Below, one piece after another: positions 1 to 14,325 of a stretch of 64,000 nucleotides of DNA. The position numbers and the translations under genes were made by a program. Under the pieces are notes generated by a model. The model did not search any database, had not been told where the DNA came from, and worked only from the letters and a program-made list of their open reading frames with translations. Numbering within the stretch: position 1 is the stretch's first letter; each line of letters opens with the position of its first letter. Origin of the DNA: Eledone cirrhosa (Eukaryota); NCBI GenBank assembly GCA_964016885.1, contig OZ024740.1, positions 188,418,001 to 188,482,000 of the forward strand, given 5' to 3'.

Positions 1-900
1 CGTATTGTGGTCTTGAGTTTCGTCTTTAGGGTCTCCTTTTTCTGCATATTTCTTTGTATTTGTATTTTTATAGTGTTGTTTACTTTATCTGTTTTGGATA
101 TATTTTTTCTTCATATCTTAAAATCTCAATATGTTTATGTTTGTTAGTTGCTTTGTATATGTAACTTATGATTTCCTTGTGTATTTTTTCTTATAAGTGC
201 TCTTTTCCATGTCTGATATTTTTGTTTTGTTTTTAATATGTATCTCCTTAAATGTGTAAGTATTTTGTGATCGAGCTTTAAATCAGTATGGGTTGTGTTT
301 TGTCGGATTGTATATGTGTGTGTTGTGTTTTCCTTTTTAGGATATAACGTTGCCATAAAATATGCATGTACATTCGAAGCATATTCCTCCCGTGTCCATT
401 TGTGTCTTTTTGATATTATTCGTTTCACTTGAGGGGGAACGTCTGGCCATCATTTAGAATGTTATCATCTTTGTGGTCTTTGTGCTTCTGAATTTGTATG
501 TTTTTGCATGCATTGGTTTTGTACAATTTTTTTGTAAGTTCAAAGAACGAACATCTGTAAATCTATGTGATTTCTTTGTGTACATCTTTCACAATATACA
601 CACTGTTAATGCAATCGATAAATTGTATGCATTGTCATTCCTTTTGGGGTTTTTTCCTCCTTTTTGTTTTGGTTTTGGTTGTAAATTCTCTGCATTGTGT
701 TGTGACTGTTTTTCAAATTGTTGCATTTTTCACACTGGGTTCCAGTGGTAAGAAAGAAATTTATATGATAGGAAGAATCCATACATAAAATATATTTTTG
801 GTAGTGTTCGTTGATTCTTGTCTAACATTTGTCTTCATTTTCTGGCTATATTTACTATAGATTCATCAATGATGTCCGATTTGTTCCAATTTTTGTGGTA
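1..900 (-). mobile_element. Degenerate 5' part of an R4/Dong-like (RLE-type) non-LTR retrotransposon
   Basis: ORF 144-428(-) has KRHKWTREEYASNVHAYFMATLYP...TYTI, resembling the KWTxEE..VM.AYY N-terminal motif of R4/Dong ORFs. The frame is broken and the boundaries are approximate. Confidence 0.55.
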
Positions 901-3585
901 ACCTTTGTTAAAAAACTTATTATTGTTATTATTCTGGAGGAGGGGAACGTCCACTAAACTTACTCCAGTGTGTTACTGGTACTTTATTTTATCGATACTG
1001 TCAATCCCTCTGCCTTTGCAATTTATAATAGCAACAACTACTAGAGTATTTTTCCTACTCTAAGAAGAGAAAGGGAAGCAAGAAATAGTTCACTTTGATT
1101 AAGAGAAAGAAAAGTTATTGGTTAATTAATAACTGATAGGGGTAGTGACAGATTGATTCAAGTTGATTTTAAACTAAGAATGTCTTCACTAACTTTCATT
1201 TTAATTTCCATGCAGATTATTAAAATATTTCTTTTGATCTGAAGCAGTCTTATTTTTCAAATGAATGGCCATTCATTATACATATATGAAATTACTTCAC
1301 TTGTAAACCCACCCATCATCAAAATAAAGGTAAACAAATGCAACAAATTTTAACCAACAATGACCCACCACACAAACTACAATCTTTTTTATAGAACATC
1401 TAAAATATTTAATTCTAGTAGAGTAGGGTTGTTTTAAGGAAATCTGCAGTTAATTTGGTTAAATGTTATAGAATATACTCAATTTGTAAAATATATTCAA
1501 AATCATTGGGATATCTTTGCAGATTTTTGTTGATAGAGTTAATAATATTCCTATGTTTATTATGTTGAAGAATTTTCATAGTGGCTTGATGTATAAGGTG
1601 CATTTAACATTGACATTTCCTTGGCCAACACAGAAAGTATTTATGATTGCTTTCCTCTTGTTTGACATTTTGCCAAGACCTTCTCATCTATGGCAAAATT
1701 TAAGCCGAACTTAGTTCTACACTTGGTCATTGTAGTACTCCATTTTTCGTTAAATTAATTTATTAACTAGACAGGTAGGTCAGGTAGGTAGGTGTAATTG
1801 TGATACTAGACGCATATCATTTCAGGACACTTGAGTATACACATTAAAAAAAAAAAACACAAAACAAAACTGGACTTCACTGTTTCCAAATATCATATAA
1901 GTATGAAATGAAATGTAAGAAATCTATTGCTTTTCATTACTTGAGATTTTTAGAAGCACAATTGATTTAAACGCTCATATTCATTCATCATTTCCTAAAA
2001 TATTATATTGCCTCTTTAACTTAAATGAACATTCTACCATTACTGTATTAAAGTAATTTGTGTTTCCTAAAAGAAATGTAACTTTGTCAATATTTCTCTA
2101 TTTGTTTATCAAAATACGACTTATTTTTAAATTAGTATCTTCTTGGTATTTAATTACAAATCTTTACTAAATATCTAAATTCATAATGTGAGTTATGAAA
2201 TAACATATTTCTATTTTCTACATTTGAATAGGTCCATTTTATTATTTATTACCTTGTTTTTCATTACTATATCTTTAATAAAAAATAAAAAAAAGTGAGT
2301 TTCAAATAAGATTTGAATAATCAAGAATTAGGAAAGATTTAGTAATAAATTTTCTCATTAATTATTTGGTGTTTGGAACATAACTTAAATGTTCTTATGG
2401 AAAATTATGATGGAAGGATTTTAGATAAATATAAACAATATAAACAAACTGTGGTAGTTTCAGGCTGTTTGGTATCAAAAGACAATACAGAATGTGTGGT
2501 ATCTTGAGAAAGTATCATTTATCAGATTTGGGTTGACTCATGCCTTGTGAATGAGACTGAGTAGATGGAAAACGTTTGTAAGCATGTCAGTTGGACTGTA
2601 TCTGTAATTCAAAGAGGCAGCCATCTCATAAACTGTGTAATGCTGTATCTTCCTGAGAATCATGTCACAATTAAAAGCATTCAGTCCGTACAGTAACATG
2701 GTTGGTGTTAGGAAGGGTATCCAACTGTAGAAACCAAGCCAAAATACAGATCTATGTGTGGCCTAACCAATGCCAGCATCGAAAATGGATGTTACAATAT
2801 AATAATATAAACTAATATTTTTAGGGACAGAATAACTTAGTGGATAATGTATAGGATACACAGTTTCTGGATAATCAATTGAAATCCATTGTAGGTATTT
2901 TATATGAATGCATGTATATGATAATCTTTTTTGGAAATTTTCCTTATGAGACAAGAAAATGAACATTCTGTTGACTTATCATAAACTGACAGTGTATATT
3001 CACCTCTAACTAGTTAATGGCTTATTTCTTAATTGACAGATGTTTACCTTAGATTAAAAAAGAAACAACGTTATATTCAATCCATTTTTGATAACTTTAA
3101 TATTGTAAACTTTCAACTGTAATTTAATTTATTCAGCTATTTTTCTTTTCATGTCTCTAAATATATATATTTCACTTGACATGTGATATTAGAAAATATT
3201 CTAGATGCAATATGTTGAAATAAAATTAAAGTATTACTGGTTTAATATTTGGATGCCACACTTGTATATGACAAGATTCAGAAAGCTGGTACAATGTAAA
3301 AATACATAAGAAGAGCAAAGGCTGACAAATAAAACAAAAACGAATGATCAATTTGTTCTTCCATAACATTGGTCGTTTGTTTTGGTTTTAAACTGTTTTC
3401 ATTTTACATTTGAAAAGAGGGTATTATTTCTGAAATATCATGTGGAAATATACAGGATAAAACATTACTTTGTTTTATTTTATTTGTCAAACATTTCTAT
3501 ATTTCTATCACATTGTACAGGCTTTCTGAAATGTATCAGTCATTTATTACATATCTCACAATGCTTCATATTAACTATAACACAC

Positions 3586-4560
3586 ATCGTCATCATCATC
3601 AATTAATGCCCATTTTCCATGTTACCATGGGTGAGATGAGTTGTCCCATTGTAAGACAAGTCAGGTCAGGTGACCACATCTTTTTTATACAGGACTGATT
3701 CTGACTTGGTTTCTACTGCTGGATGTCCTTCCTAATGCCAACCAAAGTGTGTACTGTGTATTTTTTGTCATATCACCAGCATGACCACTTTACAATGTGG
3801 GCTGGAGATATGGGTGGGAGAGGTGTGTGTCGATTGGGGAGGTAGATTTAGGGACGTTGGTGAGGACTGGGGTGTCAGAACTTGGGAAGCGGAGGTGTAC
3901 ACTAGATATATGCTTCAACCCATGCATGGAGTAACACAGGGCTTCTATATTACTGCATAACACCAGAGATCTCGGTCCTGTGTCATCACCTTTGAGAGGT
4001 TCAATTGTGCAAGGTCAGATTTTATCACCTCATCCCAGGTCTTCCTAGATCTTCCTACTCCATAGCTTCCAGCAATTTTGAGTGCTCTGCACGTTTTCAT
4101 ACAGCTGTCATCCTTCATATGCATCATATGTCCATAAAAATACAATCTTCTCTCCTGTACACTGCATCTGATCCCTCTTATGCCCAGTTTCTCTCTCAGT
4201 TCATTTATGCTTTACCATTCATGTATATAACTGTTACATATCCATCAAAGCATGCAAGCTTCATTTCTTTCCAATCCTCACAGATCCTCTGCACACAGTG
4301 CCAGGCCTCTCTCTCATGCAACATTGCCATTCATATCCATGCATTGTACAATCTTCCCTTCATTTTGAGGGAAAAACCTTTTAGTAGCTAGCAGCGATAG
4401 TGGTCCCTCAACATTTACCATCGGATTCTCACTCTGACTACTCTACTGTTGGAATATCCACCTCCACTGCTGATTTGGTCACACATGTAGAAGCTGACTA
4501 CTGCTCCTATGGAACCCTCCAAGAATTTTATAGTGTGTTTCCTGAGGGTGTTTGCTGGTT
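3586..4560 (-). mobile_element. Old 5'-truncated RTE LINE fragment (ORF C-terminus, 3' UTR, (GAT)n tail)
   Basis: YGHMMHMKDDSCMKTCRALKIAGSYGVGRSRKTWDEVIKSDL...DRDLW closely matches the C-terminus of the RTE at 54561; catcatcatc tail at about 3586-3600. Confidence 0.85.
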
Positions 4561-5952
4561 ACTGCTCCTGTACTATGACCACATGTAAGATCTATGTTCT
4601 TAGCTAACCTACCTGAGATTGCACTACATCTCTTGTGTGCCCATAGTTTGTAGATATATAATTCATTCTTGTTGTTTTTCCCCCATTGGGTAGAAACATT
4701 TGAAGGTGAATTGTTATAATTTCAAAGCAAAAACAACTACACTGTCACAAAATGTGAATACTTTGATTTGCGAAGCTTTGGTTTTTTCATTACCAGCCTA
4801 TTGAAATATATTAACACAAATCTGTGTATCTTACAAAGAATGTGAGAAAGAAAAACAAACATCAATAGTTGATACTCACATAAATAATTGATTCTCAAGT
4901 CAGACTAAATACTGTTCAATCACTGTTTATTCACAGCATGTACTAATTCTCAACTTTATATTAAAATCATGGACACAGCTGTGACTTAAAAATATTTAGC
5001 ACTTTCTGCACACTTTACAGGAAACTTAAGTTATCTGTTAATCATTAAACTGTTGTTCCTGTCATCATCAAACCTACGAATCTAAACTTCAAAATGTGCT
5101 ATGTTTATACAAGAAGGCTGCTTAAAATGATTAGAGTATATGTCTAATGTTTTGATACAAATTAAACAATTAATTGTACCTGGATATTAACAGATAAAAC
5201 AACATAATAATTTACCAAATAATTGTTTCCTTTGTTCATCATAACAAACTATCTCTTGCAAAATAAACCAAACAGGCTTTATGTTTATAAAGCAGTTGAA
5301 TGTATGGTCACTTTAAAGAATAAGATGAATACTGTCGCTAGTATAAGCCTTCCAACAAAGATTATATCCATATAAAGGAAAGCTTGATTGAATGTTAAGT
5401 TATATTTTCACTTAAATCATACATCCAAAAATTTGAAGGTCCTCAACTTGACAACTTCACAATACTTGATGCAGTAGGAATTTATGTATTCATTCAAAGT
5501 CAATGTACAGTGGTTATGGTGGTAGAATTGAAGTGGGATAATACAGTCAGAGATTTATCATGTACCATGTCGAAGTCATGACTGTCAACTAGTCATACAA
5601 TTGTCTGTATTACAGTGCTGCAACTGCCCACAATTAGAAATCATACTGCTTGTGTGACAAGTAAACTACTGTGCAGATGGCAACATGTTTTGACATGGAG
5701 AACAGCTGTGCATGTATCTATTCCAACTGTACATAGATTTGAATTTATATAACTCACTAATTTGATTATGTAAAATGGGTCTAGGAACTTTTGTTGAAAA
5801 CACATTTATCAAAACACCATTGACTTAGACATATTTGTAGAAAATTATTTTCACAGGAAAATAAATTGGTCAAAAGATAAATTGATCAAAAACATTAATT
5901 AAAACAGGTGTTATATTTGTCAACGTTTTAGTATTTTTTAAAGAAATGAATA

Positions 5953-6137
5953 AATAATGGTTTCTGATTTAGGCACAAGGCCAACAATTTTGGAAAGTGG
6001 AAAGTTGTTTAAATCAACCCCAGTGCGTTACTGGTACTTTATTCCATTGGCCCTGTAAGAATAAAAGGCAAAGCTAATCTCAACAGAATTTGAACTCAGA
6101 ACGTAAAGGGACGCATCTCTATGCCGTAAAGCCTGAC
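5953..6137 (-). mobile_element. tRNA-derived SINE, family A (gtaccagt/ggggtcgat core)
   Basis: Minus-strand B box gagttcaaattc, followed by ...ctttgccttt...gtaccagt...ggccttgtgcc; same layout as the copies at 8630 and 41734. Confidence 0.75.
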
Positions 6138-6254
6138 ACTTTACGAATACTCTAAAATGCAATGATTTATTGATATTTGAATCTACTGTCATAATGTGTC
6201 AAATTCCTAAAATTTTGAAATTGTTAATATATAAAGCAGAAGTCATGTATATAT

Positions 6255-6725
6255 AACCACACTAGCATGGGTAGGATGGGTTAACCCATAGGGAGAGAAT
6301 CAGACCAGAGGACCATGTTTATTACACCCAGGGCAGATTTTGGCTTGGTTTCTACAGCTGGATGCCCTTCCTAACACCAACCACACTTACAGCGTGAGGT
6401 GGGTGCAGTGTGTCGTTTCACCTACACAACCACTTTAGAGTGAATTGGGCACTTTTTTGGTGTCACTGACACAACTTTACAGTGTGGACTGGGTGCTTTT
6501 GTCTTGAAACTAGGAGGGAGGGGGTGGAAGCTTGGGGACGTAGGTAATAGGGGAGGGATAGTTACCACAAAGGGAGGTGAATGCAAATTGGAGATGGTAG
6601 AGGAAGGTGTTGCCTATTAGATATATGCCTCAGCTCAAGCATATGGGAGGGCAGGTCTTCTGTATTACTGCATAGCGCCAGAGGTCACTGTCTTGTGTCA
6701 TTGCCTTGGTGAGGTGTAATTGTGT
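6255..6725 (-). mobile_element. RTE LINE 3' end / 3' UTR fragment
   Basis: ggatgcccttcctaacaccaacc and the surrounding sequence match the RTE 3' UTR at 53.5-53.9 kb and 54.2-54.6 kb. Confidence 0.8.
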
Positions 6726-8419
6726 TGTTGGGTTTAAGTATCAGTTAATTACTAGTATCAGTTAATTACTAGTATCATATATTAGTGTTACTCTGGTTAT
6801 ATGCTTATGTTAAGAATAATTATTATAGATGTAATGGGTTCATAGAACATAGATCATTATCTCTGACATTGAGTTACATCAATTTACCTTGTGTGATCAA
6901 ATTCTACCATAATCAGATTTGCCTGTATATAAAACAAGTGCCAGTCTAATTATTTGGTAGAATATTCAAATGCTTAAATTGTATTAAACATGATGCATAA
7001 GGAAAATGCATATGAATATGTCTGAAAATATCTGTCAGGTTTAAGTGTTGATGTATTTCTATTTGTATATATATTCGCATAAAATAAGGCAGTTTGAAAG
7101 TAAATTGAAAATATATCACATCTAAAAAAAATATTTTAATTTTAAAATTACAATAGGTTGTTTGAAAAAATAGTTAACAATAATATTTGAAATATTTCTA
7201 TTTTTCCTACGAATGTCTTTCTACAAATATTTTTCGATGAATGCATCTTTTGATATATTTGATATCAATATTATTTCAATCAATTTATCTTCTAAAGGAA
7301 TTGTTTCGCTATAAATGTGTTTTAAGCAATTTGGCTTTCTACAAATGTCTTTCAACTAATTTGTACTTTTGGCCAATCATGTTTCAACAAATATGCTATA
7401 TACCTATAACATGCATGCATACATACACACACATACATACACACACACATATACACACACATACATACATCTTGGAATGACTGGGTCTCTGAGTTTGCTT
7501 CAGTGGCTAATTCATCCAGTCTAGATGAATTAGCCTCTAGAAGTGAAAGAGAATTTTACTCATTATAAGAAGTACTATAAATCTGACTCCTCTACCAATA
7601 TTGAATTCCCAATTAATTAATGTTTGTTGGTATTCAAAATCATATAGTTCACCAATCCAAACATCAGCATTTACACACTCACATACAATACATAATGTAT
7701 AAAAGTCCTTGCTGCTTAATATCAAAGTCATTAGTACAATGATTTTTAATTTGATTAAGCATTTTATGTTGAAGATGTTCACCTGTGATAGCATTATCTC
7801 ATTTGTTTTATTGTCTGTTTCTCTTGGGGTATTAAAAAACATCCTAGCTTCATAACTCTCAATTATTTGTTCTTGTTACTTCATATATAATGCTTCAGGT
7901 TTGATGTAAGTTGCTTATTAAAGGAAATTAGCTTTTCACCAGACATTGCTACTTTTCATCATTTCTTTTATAATATCTGTGAATAGCCAGTTGCTTCACT
8001 TTCAATGTGTTATACTGCATATATTTCACTTTCAATGTATATCTCATATAGATTTATACTGCATATAAACATGGATACTGGAAGAAATCTCACATGGCAA
8101 AAAAAAAACTGATTTAAGGCAACCAAGGGAGGAAAATTCCTTTTAAATTTCAAGAGGCCTAAGAAGATGTTTATGGGATATTTCTTGGCTCTATGGACTT
8201 TGAACCAGTTGAGCCCCACTCTCATATGCTATGCATACAGGTTATAATTCCTTAATTTTATTTTTACTATTGCTGAATACACTACAGTTAAATGGATTGT
8301 AGAAAGTTTGTTTTAAGTTAACTATATATTTCTATTCAAATGAAGACGTAGTTTCATAATTTAAAACTTCTAGACCATAAATCACATATTACTGGACACA
8401 GAATATATTTCTGTGTTCA

Positions 8420-8575
8420 AGAATGTGGAAGATGAAAAATGTGGAAGTGATACCAGTAGTCGTTGACACCTTAGGGATGATCACAAAGTATTTTTATACA
8501 TTGATAGAAAAACTAGAATTGAATCTTATGGTGGAAATGTTACAGAAACCTTATTTGCTTGGAATGGCAAGGGCC
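8420..8575 (+). mobile_element. R4/Dong-like RLE retrotransposon C-terminal fragment
   Basis: MWKMKNVEVIPVVVDTLGMITK...LQKPYLLGMAR fits the end of R4-clade restriction-like endonucleases (W....V.VIPVVIGALG...LQK..LLGTAR). Confidence 0.7.
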
Positions 8576-8629
8576 GTAACTCTATGCGTCAAAGCATGCT
8601 GTCTGACCCTCTACCGATACTGCCAATGA

Positions 8630-8840
8630 TAATTGTTTCTACTTAAGGCACAAGGCCAGCAATTTTGCGGGAGGAGAATTAGATTAAATCGATCCCAGTG
8701 CATTAATTTGCTTTATTTTATCGACTCTGTAAGGATGGAAGGCAAAGTTAACCTTGGTGGGATTTGTACTCAGAACGTAAAGGGTTGTAACTATATGCCA
8801 CAAATCATGTTCTCCAATGGACTACTGATACTGCCAATCC
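8630..8840 (-). mobile_element. SINE family A
   Basis: ggcacaaggccagc...ttttatcgac...ggcaaagttaacc...ctcagaacgtaaag, shared with the other copies. Confidence 0.75.
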
Positions 8841-11169
8841 AAAATAATAAAGTAATAACAATCAGCCTGTGTCTCCATTATCTGATTATCCATTGTTTTG
8901 TAACCTATTCAGTCAATATCAAAAATACATATTACTTAAATAGGAGTTTAGATTACATTAGATTGCACTGAAATAATAATTTCAGCTATGTCTGAAGGCA
9001 AGAGATGAATGTCTCTTTCACTTCAACTAAACAATGTTTCTTTGTTTTTGTTTCATTTTCTCTGTGCGTGGTGTGTGTATCTCTATCAAAATATGTGCAC
9101 AGTTATGCATGTATGGTTTGAATAGTAATAAGCAATATAAAAACTTCTTAAAATTCGTTGATTGTAGGTTCAGCCTTGTAATTTTATTTTAGTTTCTGTT
9201 TCATTTTCTTTTTATCCTTGTCATATTTGTCTTGTTGTTAATAGTATTATTTCTAAAGTACTTCTATTATGTATGGAAATTGTTACATTCTTGTATATTT
9301 GATAACAGAGAAATTACTACAAATAGCAAAAAAAAAAAAAATTAATTCATATTATAAGAGCACTGTCTCTCTGCCTGCCCGTCTCTCTGTCATTTCTGTT
9401 TCACTCACTTTATATAGAGAGGGGGGGGGGGGGCAAGCAAGAGATATGTACATATATGACAGAGAGAGAGAAATGGGAACACCATGTGTTTTCATGGTGA
9501 CAGAAAGAGGTAGGAAACAGAAAGTTATGACTTCACCCTCATCTATAGAGAGAGAGGAAGCAGCAGGCGCAAGATGTGTACATAAATAGAAAGAAAAAAG
9601 AATCACCATTTGTTTAGAGAGAGGTGGAGCATAAATCGAAAGAGATGTACATAGATAGAGAGAGAAAAGGAACACTATTTGTTTATAGAGTGTATGTATG
9701 GTAGAGAGATGGAGAAGACGACGTTACTTTCTCTTTTAATAATAAAAATATTGTGTTTGACATCACGGAAGTTTGTATCAGTTGATTCTCATTTTCATTT
9801 ATATTAGCTATTTTTTATTTTTATTTTAAGTTTGGTTTTGTTTCTGCATATTTATTCTTACTCAGCAAAACGAAGGGCTGCTATTTTTTGTATTTTAAAC
9901 ATATTTTCATCTTTTTTTCTTTAGTTTTATAATAAAAAAAAAATAATAATCTTTATTTTCTTCAAACATTTATTCAAAATAAAATAAAGGAATATCAACT
10001 ATAAAATAAAAGAATATCAACTATCATAAATTAGAGCAAGTTGATCAAACAAGGTTCGAATTAGTTTATAGAAATTTTATAGCACTTACTTGATGGCTTC
10101 TGAAATATTAGAAGTGATAACTTACAAAAAATTTCAATGTGACTTTTAAGATTAGTATGCTTCTCTCATTACTAAGTGATTGTTACAAGTTTCAAGTTTT
10201 CTGTGAATTTTTGAAATTTTTTTCTGATAGCTTCATTTTAGTGACAAATTCTGCTATCATCACGTCTTTTGGATTTGTGTCATTTGCTTCTTTTGCTGCC
10301 ATTCCATTTTAAGGGATTCTTTCACATGTATTTAAATGGATAATACATCTTATTTATTTAATTATGGGAGTTGAGGTATGTAAGTTTTCTTCAAAGTTTT
10401 TTTTTTTATCATTGAAATTACTCATCATATAAATAATAGGAAAATATGTTTACCTCTTTATGATAGTCTTTTAAATCTTAGAAGGCAACAGTAAATTTAC
10501 ATTCAAACCATATAATTTGTTATTATTGTGAAACATATACTTGTGTGCAAGTATTAATATGGACATTTAACATTAACTGTTCAAAATATGTATATATACA
10601 TATGTGTGCACAAAATCATATATGCACACAATGATAAATTTCAGTAGACTCATATTTGTCATTTTAATGAACTAAGTATGTGTATCACTTTATTTGTTTT
10701 CATAGTATTTGAATATTTTCAATCATGCTGATACTCTTCTAAACTGTATTATTCTGAGCTCTGTCAATAGTTATTATTGATGTTATATTCCCTATTATTG
10801 TTTGTTTCCTTTTCTTTTTTAACTGGGTTCAATCCAAACCATTCCAGAACCTTCACACTCCTGTTGGAGGAATCCCTCCCTGGTTGAGTTCCACCACTTT
10901 CATTTTGGTTTTGGCCAATTGCAGGTTGCTGAACAACCACTCAAACATGAAACAGGTTGTACTGGGTTACATGTATACCAGTAGCAGACAGAAGCCTGGC
11001 CTGATTTAATTGGGTACTATTGAAAAAACGTTCAGTCAACGATGAACTGTTTTAGATTGTGCATATGTACATATATTTTTCAATGACCATTATCTCTAAA
11101 TGAATATATATTAATATACCTTACTATTACAAATGCTCTGCATATCCATGGGAATTTTAAAAAAAGGAT

Positions 11170-11530
11170 ATTTAAATATGAGAAATTAACTGAAAGATGA
11201 ACTGATATGGATGAACTGAAAGAATTTGGGTTTAAGAGGGATCTGAGAGTGTGTGTGATTGAGAAAACTGCATTGGTATGGACATGTGATGCACATGGAT
11301 AATAATCGCTGGGTGAAGATGTGCCAAGACATCTCAATGAAAGAAAGCTGCAGTAAAGGTGGACCAAGGTAAACCTGTCCAGAACTGGTGATAGCTGATC
11401 TCAAATTGCTGAAACTCAGAAAGCATGATGAAGGAACCCAGTGAATGGAGAGATGCTGTGCTGAAGGGAATCTGTCTAACCCATGCTAGTGTTGAAACAC
11501 GGACATAAAAACGATGATGATGATGACGTT
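11170..11530 (+). mobile_element. Degenerate RTE LINE 3' fragment
   Basis: Encodes a L.WYGHVM.MDNNRWVK.C-like stretch; ends ...ggacataaaacgatgatgatgatg. Confidence 0.75.
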
Positions 11531-11661
11531 GACTACTGTTATGCCATAGCAATTATTTCATGTTTCCTACTAATCAGAAACATGAAATATCTATTATCCA
11601 CTCTAAGAATATTACACACACGCACATGCACACACACACACACATGTACGCTCTCTCTCTC

Positions 11662-11706
<45 letters not shown>

Positions 11707-11841
11707 AATTGAACATGTATTATATATTCTGAAAAAGAACAAAAGTGCCAGCAACTCTCCCACCTCATTGTATTGGATGTAAATATCATATACATGTGTG
11801 CATACTATACTTAGCTTTAACATAAGTAGCATCCTTGCATG

Positions 11842-11938
11842 TAACTTGCCTTTCATCCTTACGGGGTCGATAAAATAAAGTACCAGTAATGTACTGAGTA
11901 ATTGCTGGCCTTGTGCCAATGCCAATAGTAGAAACAAT
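11842..11938 (+). mobile_element. SINE family A, 3' fragment
   Basis: tgcctttcatccttacggggtcgataaaataaagtaccagt...ggccttgtgcc. Confidence 0.7.
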
Positions 11939-12224
11939 TATGATTCAATATAATTGAACCTAGCTAAAATATGTACATTACAAAACAAAGATACCATTGA
12001 AAGGAATGTTATTCACATCAGAGTCACTTGTGCCATTACCAGAAATCATTATTCCTGTTAAAAGTAATACTTCCAAGAAACAGCACATTTTAATAGCAAT
12101 CATGCTTATATTTCCACTGCTTAGTGAATGGGCCTGTATATTTATCTCTACACATACGCATGTAATTTCAACAAAGATTGTTGGTATCCTTGTTGAAGTT
12201 GTAGTTATTCTTGTTGTGTAAGTG

Positions 12225-12440
12225 ACACAACAAAAGCCCACACTGTAATGTGATCATGTAGGTGTCACAACAAAAAACACCCAATACACACTGTAAATGT
12301 AGTTGCGGTTAGAAACTAAGCCAAAACCAGCTCTGCATGAGCAAGACATGTTCATTGGACCTGGCTTGTCTCACAATGGGGCAACTCATCTAACCCATGC
12401 TAGCGTGGAAAAATGGATGCTTAACACTGATGATGATATA
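12225..12440 (+). mobile_element. RTE-type 3' UTR / SINE tail fragment
   Basis: cacactgtaaatg...aacccatgctagcgtggaaaaatggatg...gatgatgat. Confidence 0.65.
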
Positions 12441-12867
12441 ATTTTTCTCTGTATTCATTTATCCAACATACAATACTTTTCATTTAAATTTAGAAGTTGT
12501 AATTTGTTCAATGTTTCACTTTTTCCATGTGGAATAAATTGATTTCAAAGACATAAACGAATTTCTCAGCTTCCTTTTTATATGAATATATACACACTCT
12601 GCCCCCACCCCCATATTCTTACAGATTTTGTCCATCAAATTCACTCGTAAGGCATTGGTTGGTCTGAGGATAAATTAGATGACACTTGCTCTAGGTGCCA
12701 CACAAAATTATATACATTTATGAACCCATATCTCTTGGTGGGTTAGTTGGGTGTATGTGTGGAGGAGGCATAGTTTAATACAGCATTTTTTGTGTACTTT
12801 TAAAACCTAACAGAACCCATCCTCTCTCCAGAGAAAGATAAATAGATATAGAGGAAAAAGGAATCCC

Positions 12868-13016
12868 TGTATTAGACTGGTAATTTTTTTTATCAACCTC
12901 GAAAGGATGAAAGACAAAGTTGACTTTGGTGGGATTTGAACTCAGAGTGCAGAGAGCCAGAATAAATATGGCAAAGCATTCTATTTGATGTTGTAAGGAC
13001 TGCCAATTCACCACCT
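12868..13016 (-). mobile_element. SINE family A, 5' part
   Basis: gggatttgaactcaga is the reverse complement of the B box; aaggatgaaagacaaagttgac matches the family core. Confidence 0.7.
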
Positions 13017-13351
13017 GTCACAGAGAATCAGTGAAACTAAAGGCACATTGTTGTGAAATAAACTTAAGTTTCCAGTTAATAGAATATCATTATGATATTT
13101 ATACAAAAAGATATTTCAGTTAGATGACAAAGCCTTTCATCAAAAAATGTCAATAAGTCACAATTATGTTACAAATAAATATCAATATCAATAAAGTTTA
13201 TCTCTCAAAAAAGTTAAAGTTTTCTAAATGTTAATTAAATATCCTAGCAAAATTAAATTGTAAGCTTATTTTTGGCGTTAGTAATTACATAAGTTTGTAT
13301 CTTTCCTCACCTACTAATATATTTCCTAAATTACTTTTTTGCTATAATGCT

Positions 13352-13748
13352 GATAACCTTTTAGGTTAAGCATTGAAAATGTTTACAGTTTGGGTTTGTT
13401 TGGGAGCAGTTACCTTTCAAATGTCACAACATTCTATTTTATGAAATGCTGACAATGGTTATATAAACAATGTATTTTATTCATTTTAAAATCAATGAAG
13501 TCATGGTTAAATTCCAATCAAATTAACTTTTTGCTTCTACTGAAAGTAATGAAAAACTATCTTTGACTTTTGATTAGTTTTTAAATAATCAGGAATTTGC
13601 AGAGATATAGCTGGTGTTTAGAACATAAGTGTTTCTTACATAAGAATATGATGGGTAGTTTCTGGTCAATATAAACATTTTAAAACAAGCGGTTTTGCAT
13701 TAGAGAACCTGCAGAAGTTTCAAGTGATTTGCTCTTAAAAGGGTTAAT
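13352..13748. mobile_element. Possible piggyBac-like MITE, degenerate
   Basis: Right end aaagggttaa (TTAA plus CCCTTT terminus); degenerate left end ataacctttt. Internal sequence resembles 2290-2482. Confidence 0.35.
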
Positions 13749-14214
13749 ACTATTTTATATTCAGTTGACAGATAATTAATTACAATTATGCTGTTTAACT
13801 TTAATCATTATTCATAAAATTGTTTGCTAGTACATAAATATGAAACAAGATCTGTGCATAAAGATGCATGTTCTATAATGTGTATGTGGTTATATGTGCA
13901 TTTTGAAACAATTTTATATTCCATATGTTGTAATGGGGTTGCATTCAAATGTACAGTGGCCTGACTGCTCATTTTGTCTAGTAATTTAAATGAATATTTC
14001 TTAGTCTTTGTTAAGTTTAATGTGTTTACTAGTTTTGTTACATAGTGTTCCTTGTGGTACTTATAACTTCCTGCAGAAGTTGCTATTTCAAATTCATTAC
14101 AATATATATTAATGTACTGGTATCTACATGTATATGGTTAGACCAATGATGTTGTTAGAACTCCTTGGAGTCTTGAAGAAATAATTCCAAAAAGATCAGG
14201 TGATGAGAGTTATT

Positions 14215-14325
14215 GTATACTAGAGAAATGTGAAATGAAGTGTTTTTTCTCACAAACACAACACACAAAACACAACCCAATTCAGGATTTGAACCTACAA
14301 CATTATGTTCGTAACATTTGGATAC
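14215..14325 (-). mobile_element. SINE family B head fragment
   Basis: Minus strand ggttcaaatcctgaattgggttgtgttttgtgtgttgtg...cacttcatttcac resembles the head of the 37197 SINE. Confidence 0.55.

Noticed and set aside
7537-7842. 101-aa minus-strand ORF
   Set aside because: No homology recognised; composition is typical of chance AT-rich ORFs.
9350-10385. GA-rich stretch and GAG|gtatgt donor as a promoter or first exon
   Set aside because: Cannot be supported without transcript data.
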